NCBI GenBank assembly: GCA_000934665.2
Contig: JYFJ02001102.1
Location: 1 to 64,000 of the forward strand
Reading direction: 5' to 3'
DNA length: 64,000 nucleotides
Source of the DNA: Catajapyx aquilonaris
Taxonomy: Eukaryota
Shown here: positions 46,055 through 59,000 of the stretch, one piece after another
Layout of the letters: every line of letters begins with the position of its first letter
Numbering within the stretch: the stretch's first letter is position 1
The notes under the pieces: generated by a model
Database searches by the model: none
The model's input: only the letters and a program-made list of their open reading frames with translations
What the model was told of the DNA's origin: nothing
Program-made: the position numbers and the translations under genes

Positions 46055-49000
46055 ATGGGACACTAACTTGTAGATTTTTAGTTAGATTGTTATATTGTTA
46101 GATAATAATTAAAATACTAACAAGAAATATTTCAGGCATGGGCGTTAATTTTTCTCTACAAATTACCCAATATGTTGCTTATTATTTGAGCTAAATTTTC
46201 GCTCAAAATATTTTACTCTCACTGAAACGGAAATGGCCATCACCAACTTCTGAATACTCCTTCCCTCTTTGTGTCCCAACTTTTGTGTACCCGATGGTCT
46301 TCAAAGGGCTTCTCCAATATCCCAATATTTCGCGATAATCCGAAGAACTGACAACCTACAAAGGACATGTCCAATGTTTGGTAAAGAAGGGCTTGTTGCT
46401 GCTCTTCCTGCGACAACAATCTGTGTGTATGTGAATAAGAAGTGAGCAACAGGAAGTGCTGGAGGAAGAATCGGTGGGAAAGACCGAGAGTGGAAGCACT
46501 CAGCACAAGAAAAAAAAGAAGAAGGGTCTCGCTTGATGAACCTTACTTCTGAAACCCTCCTTTTGCTCCCAAAAAGGAATCATGCACTTCCAGCTGGCAG
46601 GGACAAAAGGAGGGTCTCAAAATTTTTGGGAGAACCTTCTCCTCCTTCTGGAAACTCAATCCACAACTCCTTGTTCCCTCAGCAGGAGACTAAAAATTTT
46701 TGGCTGGTTGTCCAAGAAAAAGGGGTTTTTCCTTCCCAAGTATAAGACGAAAGAGAGCGTGAGAACAATTTTATGTGTGGGGAAAGGTTTTCCTTTTCTA
46801 AGATGATGGGACGGAAGATGGAAATCTGACACGAGGTCTTCATTTTTTGGGGGGACCTTATCCCGTCCCCTTCCCCAGATATTTTTTGAGGGGACTTCCC
46901 GATAATAGTTTTTTTTCACTTTCCGGACGTGGATGGGACAGTGTGTATTTGCATCTGTTTGGAGCACAGCCAGTGCGAGTTTTATCACCTGGGTTGGATG
47001 AATGAAAAACTTGGTTTAAAAAATAAGGGTGTTAGGGTAGGGTTACGCGTGGGTCTTCTTAGAGCAGCGTGAGAGTGAAGATATTGGACAAGTGAAACTG
47101 GAAGTGACAGTGAATAGGACATAAAAAGTGAAATGGTGTGAGGGACCGGCCGTTTTTTATATTCTGAGATTAAATATGAAAAAAATGTGATATCAGATGG
47201 TTGCTATTCGCAAACGAACGGATATTTATTGAATAAAAACAGGCTGTCTTATAAAAACAAGTTTTTACCACTGATGAAACGGTATTTCAGTGGTAACCTT
47301 TGTCATTTCACGATGTTGTCGCCCGGTTAGTGTAATTCTGTCCCATGAGGAATAGCATCATTGTATATCCAGAGGCATGAATAATGATATTTCGAAGCAA
47401 AAGTAAACAGGTTTGTGTGCCTAACAGTTTTCAAGGGATGTCAAGGCGAGGCGAGGGCAATCAACAGCCAATATGGCATCATCTACATGAGGTCATCTGG
47501 ACGTAGAGCATTTATCTCGAAGGAAATCCTTCGGACACCGGATTTTCGAGGCTGGGATGCATCTGCACACCGCTATAAACAGATTATATACTCATCATGC
47601 ACTTTTGATGCTCTACAGCCTTGCAATAATAGCACCTTCGCGTGGGAGGACGTTTGCTGCTGATTACAAAGCCACAATAACATTCGTTGGCATGAGGCGC
47701 CACAAGACGGACAGTCATGTTGTGGCTACACAACCCACAATAAGCGCCTAGTACTTAATATGTACTGAGCAAAAATAGGCGAACGAAATATTCGGAATTT
47801 AAATTAATTTTCATTTTTAAAGCAAGCAAATTGAATATTGTGTATATAGAGCATGAAACAGCCAGTTTGTCCCGTAATACGTATTGCGTACTGATTAATC
47901 ATGGCAGGAAGCATTATTGTGCAATGCACACAGTAATATATCGGACATAATGTAGGAAAGTACACACTGATAATTTAATTGGGTGTAATTTAAAGTCAGG
48001 CACAATAGAAAGGGGCCGGAAATTCGGATAGTAGAAGCGTGGAAGAGACGATATGTTATTACCTGAAAGTGTCGGCCTCGTTCTTGACCTTGTGACCCGA
48101 CTCGTGAGGGTTTTTCTCTGGAGGTTGGAGACCTTCAGAATCTCTCGACCGTGGTCACCTCCCGTCCCCCCCCCCCCCCCCCCACGGTCTTCACTCCCCT
48201 ATTATTAAATTGCGCTGCATCATTGCGTCTATTAAGATGCTTTGCATTCTTTGGCATTTTTTGATGGGGAGGAAAAACAACGATAATTAATCCAGTTTGT
48301 TCTAAAAATATACCGGTTGGGCCAAAGTATACACACACGCAGAGTTATTTTTGGGTACCCTGATGCCCGAACTAAAAATTTCTAGTAACAAAAAATAGTT
48401 GAAATTTGGATACCACCTTGGGTCTAATGATGAAGTGTTGGTGTCATAATGACATCACGGTCCTTGACAGATTGTCTTCCGAGTTCCTTTCGCGTGCTAT
48501 ATGGACCCCCGAATTATGGCTCGAGGCTCCTTTATTTTCTCACAATGGAGTCATGAGAAATAGCGTAACTAGCAGGTCAAATTCGTGGCCTTCTCAGAAA
48601 GTCAAGGGCCGAGGTCTTTCGCATCGCTTTGTGTAGAGACGTATTACCTCAACGTCCTCACGGTATAAGGTATTTACCAGGCCTCAATCGTCGTTATTAG
48701 ATATTTTTGTTTAGGATTTATATCTCCAAAATTGTGTAATAACACCCTTCAAAGTGACGTCAAAATACCGGAATACTTGGATCCAATGGTGCAATGGTAC
48801 CTATATCAGAAGAGTTCAGAAACCTTCTGTGGTGCTCTTAATTCTTGCTTGTGACGTATGCATGCATACTTGCAAGGTGTACCTCGTAGAATCGGTCTAT
48901 ATTATTGTTCTTAGAAAGGACGTGTTTTGAACGTATAGCTCTGAATAACGTATGGAAATGTATACCGGATGTACCAATTATTCTGACTAGTTTGGTTGTC

Positions 49001-50230
49001 GAAATGTTCGCGAAAATAGATAATATCTTGAAATACAGAATATTCATACCATTAGCGGATATGTTGGAATTTCAGCTTTAAGCCTGAAATTTTAATGCCG
49101 TATTTTCCATATGAATAAGTGTTATTACTACACAAGTGTGTTGACAATTAGTTAAATTCTTACCAGGTATGTACATTTAAATGCCAAATAAATGGTGATT
49201 TAATAGAAAGTTGGCCGTGAAATTTCGATTCGACAGGAAGTGATTTTTTAAATATGGATGGCTAAAAGCTGTGCCCTTTGTTGAGCACATGTTCCTCACT
49301 TTATGACTCGGCTTATTAAGCATGTTGCCAAAAAACTCAAAACCTGCCCGTGTCACATCTGCCACTGACCATCGTCAACATCGTGCAAATACGACCATGA
49401 AGACAGGTGTATGACAGCAGGTCATCACCCTATAGGGTCGTCATCCAGTTCTTTAACAAAACATGACTGAAAAAAACAGGGCGCAAGAAAACAGCAGATG
49501 AGTACGGAAAGAAATGTGCTGGTGGCGAGTGTGTGTATAAGGGATAGGTCAGCGGCCGGCCGTAAATTCGCGTGCCAATTTGGGTATACCTGATAGCCTC
49601 GGGATACCTGCACGAGGCCCGGGAAATGACGTCACGAGCGTCGTTAGCCAGGTGACGGGGTCAGGATCGCCTTATTCTAGTAGGGCAACAAACTTTTGGG
49701 ACTGTTTTTTCCCAGTATTTGTTTGGGCTGTCTTCGCAACCAAGTGTGGCAATTTGCAAAAAAATTAGTCTTTTGAGTTATTGCGTGGCCGTATTCCCCG
49801 AATAAAGGGGATGTAAAATATGTTATTATTGGTGGAGATTATGATGTTTTGTGGGTGTCACTCAAACGAATAGGAGATTATGACCTGCATGCCACAACAA
49901 TAAACATGACTAACCAGTAGCACAGTAGCCTGTTGACCTTTACCAACAGGTGTCCTACGTAATTTATACGAACACCTGAGATCTAGACCAGTTTACGTGA
50001 CCGCATTGTGTGATATAGTCATCGAAGCCAATGAACTTTCTGATAGAGTAATGACAGTCCCAGAATTATTTAGTTTTATATATTTGCATAGTTTGCAATC
50101 TTCAATTTGCAATCTCGTAGTCGGTCAACTGTGATTTCGGCTATTCTTATGGAACGGTCGTGTAGAGCCAGGATATGTTCAAATCGATTATTGACATAGA
50201 GTAGGGTACAGTAGGTGGATAGGTAGAGTA

Positions 50231-50355
50231 CATCGGTGGAAATTAATGGATAAGCGCAAGTATCGCCGCCTGTCGGAGCTTTTCGTTTCCTTCATGTAAA
50301 GGAAAAGCTCCGCCAGGCGGCGATACTTGCGCTTATCCATTAATTTCCACCACTG
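50231..50355. mobile_element. 125-bp near-perfect palindrome; TA-flanked Tc1/mariner-type MITE
   Basis: Arms of about 58 bp (GGTGGAAATTAATGGATAAGCGCAAGTATCGCCGCCTG.CGGAGCTTTTC) with ~4 mismatches and a very short loop; TA at 50229-50230 and 50356-50357. Confidence 0.85.
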
Positions 50356-53300
50356 TACATTACACATTCATGTCACATTCATGTGCTTTACCGATAAATG
50401 AATTCTGCCGACCACGCTTGACAGATGTTCCTAGAACTATACCATACGGTGCGTCGGTCGGCTTATGTCACAAAAAGACCATAAGTATGGGATAATAACG
50501 AGCCCCTCTGCGGGAGAAAGTGGCCATACATCGAGCTCTCCCGCCATCTGGTGCGCAATGTGCGCAACATGCATCCTGCTGGGTTTATCCTCTGTAGTCT
50601 GTAGTGCTTAGAATCTGAAACTACACATTTTCTGTCAAATAAAATGCTCATCAGTACCTCTTAGCAACATTTATGCACAATAAAATACTGTAATGTATTC
50701 ACATTCCTTTTTTTAATTGTTGGTCATTGTTGACGTGAGTTATAGAATTTCCGGGCACATCCTTAGCTCGCAAGGAAAATAATAATGACATAGGTGTGTC
50801 AGCGAGTACCGGCAAAGGAGTAACGTTAGAGCGCAAATGAGTCGGACCTAAGGCACGTTCCTAGGGGAACGTGATAGGTTAGGACCGTAGTTGAGTGGCC
50901 ATGCGGAAAGATGCAGAATGGAAGATTTTTGGTCCCAGAGATGAGGCCAAATGGATGGTCCCCCCCCTTTTTTTCGACACCGTTATCCCAGTCCCCCACT
51001 TGAGATGCTGGCGATTCGGATGGCGGATCCGGACTCTTCCGGATTGTTCGCATCGCAATATCTTTTTGGTTAAGGAAAAGAAGTCACGAACTTATTGTGT
51101 CTTCCTGTGACGTCACTTGTGGTGGCATGAGTTGGGTAAGGGTCCGGATGATGCATACTTGTTGCAAATGTCGGGCAGCAAGTTCAAGGACTTGCCAGCA
51201 CCTGAGAAGCGCCAGGTGAGACCCGTGCCCTCTGGTCTTTCACTTTTTTTGAACGCTCCATTCACCAAGGTCAAGGAACACTGGTGTTATTGAACTCTGA
51301 CTTGAACGAAATGTGATGCAATGCAATATATGAACCCCAGCAGATGGGTCATTGAATTTTTAGGCGGTATTTTCGGTATGTAAGAATTGTTATTAAAGTG
51401 TAAAGCCACCTGCCACACGCTAGCAAATTGGAAAATGACAGTTGATTTGCATTTCATTGCAGGAAAGAGCACGTGAAATGCTTGATTAAGGGTATCAGGA
51501 AGTTCAAAGCACTCCGGATGTATTTTTACACATTTTTTTTTTGAATATGTAATTCCGGAAAATGCACCCTACGGTAATATCCATATAAAAATTATTTTAA
51601 CAATCAAATATTTTGCCAAAAGCTATCAGGAAATAACCTACTAATGTTGATTTACGATTATGGCAATTAGCAGTGATTAACCTGTTGACTCTTGCACCGC
51701 TCTGCACGAATACCATGCAAGTGATGAAAGACAGGTTTTAATATAGTGTCTCCTATAAGTTGCTGAAAATGGATGGGAAGTTGTTGAGGAAGGGGGTAAA
51801 TAATTGGAGGGAACAACAATGGTCGGTGCGTGCTGGAGGAACCGGCTGCATTTTTTTTTCACCATTGGAGGTGAACCGTGGCAACATTGCTTCCTCAGGT
51901 CACTCAACTCTTCGGTTCCTGTAGAGTGAAACCACGTGTCAATAACCATATAGATCTGTGGTTATTAATACACCAAACACTACTGAAGACATTTTTTTGT
52001 CAGTGTATATGCGCCACAAAAATTGGGCTCGAACCTGGATTGGACCTGGTTTTCGCGAATTTCTGTATGCAGTTGAGGTGTCCACCGCCAGATGGGGAAC
52101 CCGTATAATGGCGAGCATTTTACCGCAAAAATTTCGTAACCAGCGCAACATTTTTGTGGAGACTTTAATGCTGGAATCGGATGTGACCTTTACGTAGCTA
52201 CACATACTCCATCCTGCTGACAAGCATTGACCTCCCCACAGTTTGGCAGCATCGTAAAACATATCCGCCTGAGTTTAATCTGATGCCATCAAGCACCACC
52301 CACTGGGGGTGTCGTCCTAATAAATAAATAAGCGCCAATCTAGGGGGGGTTGTAAAATGTAAACAAAGCAGTGTCAGCATATCCGAATTTGTCCTCCTTG
52401 TCCATAGTTGGGTTTGGGAGGACAAGTGGAAACGTTCCAAGTTCGTATGGGGGATGATGTGGGGGGGTTCGTGACGCAACCAGAATAACGGTGATGGCCT
52501 CCTCCTCCTCCTCCTCTTCTTCTGCTTCTTCTCCTTCTTCTCCAGCTCTTGCTCCGACATGCAGCTCGGCTCAAGTGCAGAGGTGAATGTCCTGCCATAC
52601 CTGAATCTCCCCCCATCTCCCACAAGCCCCCAACCACCCTGACTGCTATCTACCCCCTTCCTCCGGCGCTCTTTGGGCGATGCCTGGGGAGAAGGAGGAC
52701 CGTAAGAACGTCTCTACCATAGAAACCTTTTCCTCTTGTGTACGCAGTCAGCGTTGGAAGAGACGAAAGGAAAATATTCACTTGGAAAGCGTTTATAAAT
52801 AGTGCGTTGTCAGCATGCAAAATGACATTTATGTTCAAGTTAGGTGGAATAGTGTGGCAGGGAAATGTGGGTTAGAGTTTACATGTGATGATGCAATATT
52901 TGTACATAACATGTTATTGAGGCAGAATTTGCGATTATTATTTATTTATTAAATTGTAGAGAACGACAAACCAAATAATTACAAACGATAGGAAATGCAT
53001 GAATTCCACGTAGATGCATTGTGCTAGTTTAGGTCAATGAACTGTCCTAATTCTACTCCTATAATTACGTAAAATGAGGTATGAAAATATACCTGTTGAC
53101 TCGAATTTAACTCAATAATCTACATTGCAGAGAGAGGGGGGAGTAAAAAAAATAATGTCATTAAGTTGATTGAATCCCAAAATTTACTTGCAGTTTGATC
53201 TTCTTATGTAAGGCTGAAATACATTCAACATATGGAATTAGCATTCGTACAGGTTCCAGCCGGTACAGGTTGTGAAAATATTGAGGTTGTGTTTGGAGTA

Positions 53301-55981
53301 ATCCTAACGGTACTTCCCTGTCTCTTCCTATATGCTAAGCACATACACTAATTAGAACTCTGTTGGACATCGCCTTCACTTTGTCATGCAGCTGTGTACA
53401 TGACTAGCACATACTCTGTGTGTGTAATAATTTACATTATATGTCACCTGCAGGCAAAAAAAAACAAGCATCACCATGTATTAAAAGTGACTCGCGTGTG
53501 TATGGGCACTGTACAACATTGACGTTGCCTGTGTTTCCCACGATCCTGCGAACAACTTCATAGTGTGAGAGTGACGTAATAGTTTTAGGAGAGAACTTGT
53601 GTGAGAACTAAGTCTGAGGAGAGGGGGAGATAGGACACGAATCACAGACAGTAATTTCCCTCCTCCAGGCAGATAAGTGGATGAAAAAAAAACTTCCATT
53701 ACACTCGAACGTGCAAATCCGGTGACTTCAATGAGCACCAGCCAGTCAACCAGTTGACAATCACCAGCAACGGTTAATTTTCGCCAAACGTTGTGGCAGG
53801 TCAGGAGACATTGATAAAGTTTGCCACATAGCGGACACAATAGGACCCACTAAAATTTTTTTAGGCTACTCGTGACTCCCTTATGCAATTAATAAACCGG
53901 CTGGTTATTTTCGCACATTGTGGCAGGTTAGTGATTGCCACTGTGATTTAGTGCAACTGTCTTGTGGGGGCAATGTCGCTGTCATATTTAATGATTGTTG
54001 CTGGGTTGTTAGGATGAACAATCAATTGTTGGGCAATGCTGTTCATTCAAAATGGCGGAAGCTTTCGGAGAGTTATGTGCTTTTTTTTTCTGAAAGCATC
54101 CATATTTTTTCATGATGGCGTCGATGGCGTCCTCTTCCCAACAATGGGGCTGTGCTGCTTGGCATGACAAGTGCTGAGGGGGGTGTTGAACAATGGAAGG
54201 TCACGGTCAGTGACGTCAGAGGGAAGGATAAGAGTCTCCCGGAAGTGCAAGTGCGGTGCGGCGGTGCCGCCAATTTTTGCGAGGGAATGGGATGGCGGAC
54301 TCTGAGGTCGTTGGCCGCCATTCGGCTTCCGCCCAACACACCACCACCACCACCCATCCTCTACCATCCTCCTCCTAGAAAAACCCCCTCCTACACACAC
54401 CACACAGATGCGGGTCTCCGGGTCTTAGGGTTGCCCCGGGTTTTTACTGTTGCCCTCTACTGCTCCCCTGGAATTCCTGAGGCAATAAATTAATGAAGGT
54501 CGCGATATCTAATTGTAATTATTCTACGAAGCGGATGGAGGCATATTGTATACACGTGTATGGCCAACGTTGAGTGAGCATTATTTTCGTTACCGGTACT
54601 TTTGGAGGAAGTGTGCTTGTGAGCTTGGATCCATAAGGTTTTGGAGCACAGCTATGCTCATGGCGGAAATATTGAGAGGTCCGGTTGCTTATCTACAATA
54701 ATGCGTTTCTTCTTGATGTCAACAATCAATGGCTCTTACTCTTACTGAAGGGATGTTCAGCTTGTGTACAATTTATATCAGATGATTTTAAACGGTGCGT
54801 TTATGTGAATTCCACCGTAATAAATTTATAATGCGGCTTTTGAATATGGGCCATAGGAGGGCCACGTCTGATAGGATAATGCGGCTTTTCTAAGGAATTT
54901 TTGTGCAATAATGTGGTGTGCATGAAAGGTAGCATCTGCTTTGCTCAGTCGAATTTACCACGACAGTGATAATAATAAAAGCAATGGTAGTGTTCCTGCA
55001 CTGTGGCCTAATGGATTAGGCTTGGCCTTCCATTTTGTGGTCCCCAAACTCCGATCTGGCCACCAGCGAATCGGGAGGAGAATATTTTCATGTCTGGAGG
55101 GATGCTTGGAGGTTGCTTGGGTATGACCTGTATTGCCAGTAATAGGCGGCGATAGGCGTGGCTCCGTGAATATTTTACAGTTAGCTGATTCAATGGGTTA
55201 GGAGACTGATAGCAAAATCATCGGATGTGACGTTGCATGTTGATGCACAGGGTTATGATGAGCAAGGGTATGTTGCAATCCAAGCAAATAATTGCACTCT
55301 CAGAATTTATAGGCGTTCCATATATTGCGGGTGGATTTTTTATATTAGACACTTTGTACAGGATAATACAGGATGAATGAATCAGTTTCTTTCTCCAAAA
55401 TTTAAGTCTCGTAAACAATTTCCTTTACAACAAATCATGCGCAACATTTTGCTCATTTTGCTTTTTCCAGAATATGGGAAAATCCCAAAGTTTATTCCTA
55501 TGAAGATTATTTTTTCTCCCACCTTTCAATTATACGCCACGTAATTTTTTTTCGAATTATTAATCCGCCTCTCTCAGTTGCATGATGTGTGGATGAACTC
55601 TTGCAACGTTTAATCTGTAAATAATTATGATAATGAATTGTGCACTGAAAATTATGAATAATAAAATATAATAATGAATATAAATATTCGGGAAAATATT
55701 TATTCAATATTTAATGTTCTGTAAAAATTCTAGACCATCTTCAAGGCCAGCTCATAACTCGAGGCATACACGCATTCCACACATGTGTCATACCCTTCTC
55801 AGAGCCAACTCATGACTCAAACCCCTGACCACTTGGCCCGGTTTTTCGCCCACCATTTCCTGCACCACACAAAGTATGAATCGGCAATTTATACTCACCT
55901 GTATCTAGAATGTCACCCTGATTTTTGACTTTTTGAACCACCCACTCACCCCCATGTGACGCACACAGTCACGGAATTTCA

Positions 55982-56015
55982 CCCCCCCCCCCCCCCCCCN
56001 CCCCCCCCCCCCCCC
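55982..56015. repeat. Poly-C homopolymer containing an N (56000)
   Basis: Directly visible; the length is unreliable because of the ambiguous base. Confidence 0.9.
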
Positions 56016-59000
56016 TTCCGAAGCCAATCTTGTAATCGGACATGAGGCGGTGTGAATTTTTGGATCCCATCCCTCCCTTGGAAGATGGACGTTGTCGGCG
56101 TCTGTTGCAACAGATGGTAGATAGGAAAGACCCTTCTTGTGTTTTGAAGATCAACAACAACAGGTGGAAAAGATGTTGCGTCACTTGGCCCCCTTTTGCT
56201 CGGCGGTGCTGATGGAATGCTGCTGGATGGATGGATGGTTCTCTGGGCGATTCAAATAGACTGGATATACTTAGCATCGAGCTTCATTTAGAATTGAGAG
56301 GTCAAACCAGGTCATTCGTGTGTGAGACAGAGGACAACAAGTTTGATATGTGACTAAAATTCACCTGATTCGCTCATCGGTTTGGATTGACGTCATTTGT
56401 TGTCATTGTTATAGTCACTTGCAGAAATTCTTTAGAATTGATATCAACATTTGTTCCATTAACAGTCTATTGCTAGTAAATAGTATAGCAACTTTGCTTC
56501 AGTATTTCATCAGTCTGCTTGTGTCAGTAAAAATAGCTAAAATGTATATGATTAGACTAGAGCATTGCTACACATTGTTTTCATACTTCTTCACGTTTCC
56601 TACCTTTATTATGCTCATTTTTGCGTCTGACATGAAAGTGCGTGTCGTTTTAGCCTCCCTTTAAAAAGTGAAAATAGGGATTAAGCTCGAGTGATCTGGA
56701 AGGTCATACATATATTTTTTTGGGCACCTCCATAGCGGATGGGGTGAAGGTAGGGTCCGCTGCAATGGGGGTCAAGGATACTGTCCCCAAGGTCGAATCT
56801 TGGGCACTGACCAAACAGAGAGCGAGAGTGGGTTTCAAGTGATGCAAGGAGGGTGAAGAAAGATGAAGAAGAAACCCCAATGGTTACCGTAGTTTTACGG
56901 TAACTCTCTGAGAAGCCAAGGGGGCTATAGGGGGGGAGTGGGTGTGGGGGGAAATCGAAAGGGAAAAAACTCATCGTTCGAAAGGACTGACACCAGTTCA
57001 AAGTAGTAAATAAAAACTACAAACTATTTCATGTGTGTGTTGGGCAATCCAAGGCCGACATTGTAACGTCACGGACGCGGCCTTGCTTTTGTCACGTGAG
57101 CTCTAAAGTGGAGCTGTAAAAGGAAAGTTTAAAAAATATAGTATATTTGTACTTAATTGGATCCTTCATATGTCTCATTTTTAAGTATGCTCCACCATAG
57201 ATATAAACATTATACATGCACTATGCCAGCATTTGTAACGGTTGTCGCAACTGGAATATGTCCTTGAATTAGACTTTTATGCACTATTGCTCAACGTCCA
57301 CACTTTTTTATGCCTATGCTTGTGGCAGCCCTCCTTTATGCGTGCACAGATTTACAAATTCTCTCACGCATTGTATTTTCCATGCAAATTTATCCCATTT
57401 TTTGCATGGTACCTATTCGTCAAAGTGGTTCCCGCCTTGAACCAGACATAAAAGTGAGGATATTTTCTCTAATAGCCGTCGGGAATTGGTTCGTGAATTG
57501 GCAACATGCGAAATTGTTTACGGTATCTGTACGTGATATACATCCTAAAATAGCGCGTGAGTTGTTTTTTTTTAAGGTGGGAAAATAAAAACTGTTTAGT
57601 GGCCCGGAGTTTATTTGTCTGGAACGTCCTTGACAGATTGTTTGTGGGACATACAGAAGCAAAAGAGTATAGGTTTAAAAAAACCGTGTTCGGGGCATCC
57701 CTGACCTTTAGGGAGACTTGGAGTTCTTACTTTCACCTTCCCACCCCCCCTCATGGACCTTCCATGGCCTTAGCTCTCAGCCCCACTTTCACGCATTTTT
57801 GGGAGTCCCGCCTTCGACTTCTGTAAACAAGAAAAAGACTTTGGAGGGCGGTCAATTTTCCACTTGGAACAGTAGCACCATCGGGTCTAGAATGTGGCAA
57901 AAAAAAATAGCATTGAAACTTGTTTATTGGTTCAGCCTGCATTGTATTTGTCACATGTTTGACATGTGTCATACATCCGTAAAACTAGAAGTGTATGACT
58001 TCAGAGGTGTCATACCTGAAAGTTGAAAACACCTGCATATTTATTATGACAGTTCAGTAAAAATAGATCATTCAATGTTTACTGTGTCATCATTTTTTGA
58101 ATCCATGTCAGCCTAGTAACCTTCTAATGACTCACCACGATGCTATGGTGGTAACGGAACCCAGGGTGGTGGTATTGAGGGAAAAATGTAGGGTGTAGGT
58201 CCCTCAGGGTAATCGTAGAAGTTATGGATTGTTTACTCCCAGCAACCAGTTTGAAGAAAAGACGATTACCTCTCTTTCCAGTTGTATGGGGTAAACAATC
58301 CAAAATCTTCATCCCAATAGAAAGGTGTGTAGGTGGCCATCACTTCAAGGGCTTAAAATTTTTACTGTCATCTCAAACCTGCGTGAAAACATTAATTGTG
58401 ACATGTTGATGTACAAATGGCCCCCGCATGTTAGTTATGGTCAAGCTGTACGCCACGTCTAATAATTTGCATTGTCTCGAGTACCAAGCAGTTGGTCTTG
58501 AACTTTTGCAGATTTTGGAGCCTCTTGTTCGCGTAGGTAGCGAAACTGCGCATTGATGATGACTAAGGAAACAGCAATTACGTGTCACATATCCAACCCT
58601 CCCACTCGTCTTAGGGATTGTCCTGCGTCTTACAATAGAGAGCCCTCACCTGTAACGGCGTCTAATTAAAGGAAGGGGAAAAAAGGTGCTGCTCTAATAA
58701 AGTTTGCGGAAAAGGCTTTTGGTAGGAGACTTGGAATAAAAGTCAGCAGTGGAGGAAACGTGACGGGTCTTCCCGCATTACTGGCTTCGCGTGTGTGAAG
58801 ATGCACGTACACTCCCTTATATATTTTTTTTTCCACTCGTCTTCTCCATCTCCTTCCGAGCAACGGACACTAGAGCACGTGGCACAACAATCCCAGCACT
58901 GTCATTTTTTTTTTTTTCGTTTCTTAACTCCACTCTCTCCGTCATGTAGAACGCACTGTAATCATCAAACTGTGGCAGCAGAAATCTCTGCTCGCTCATC

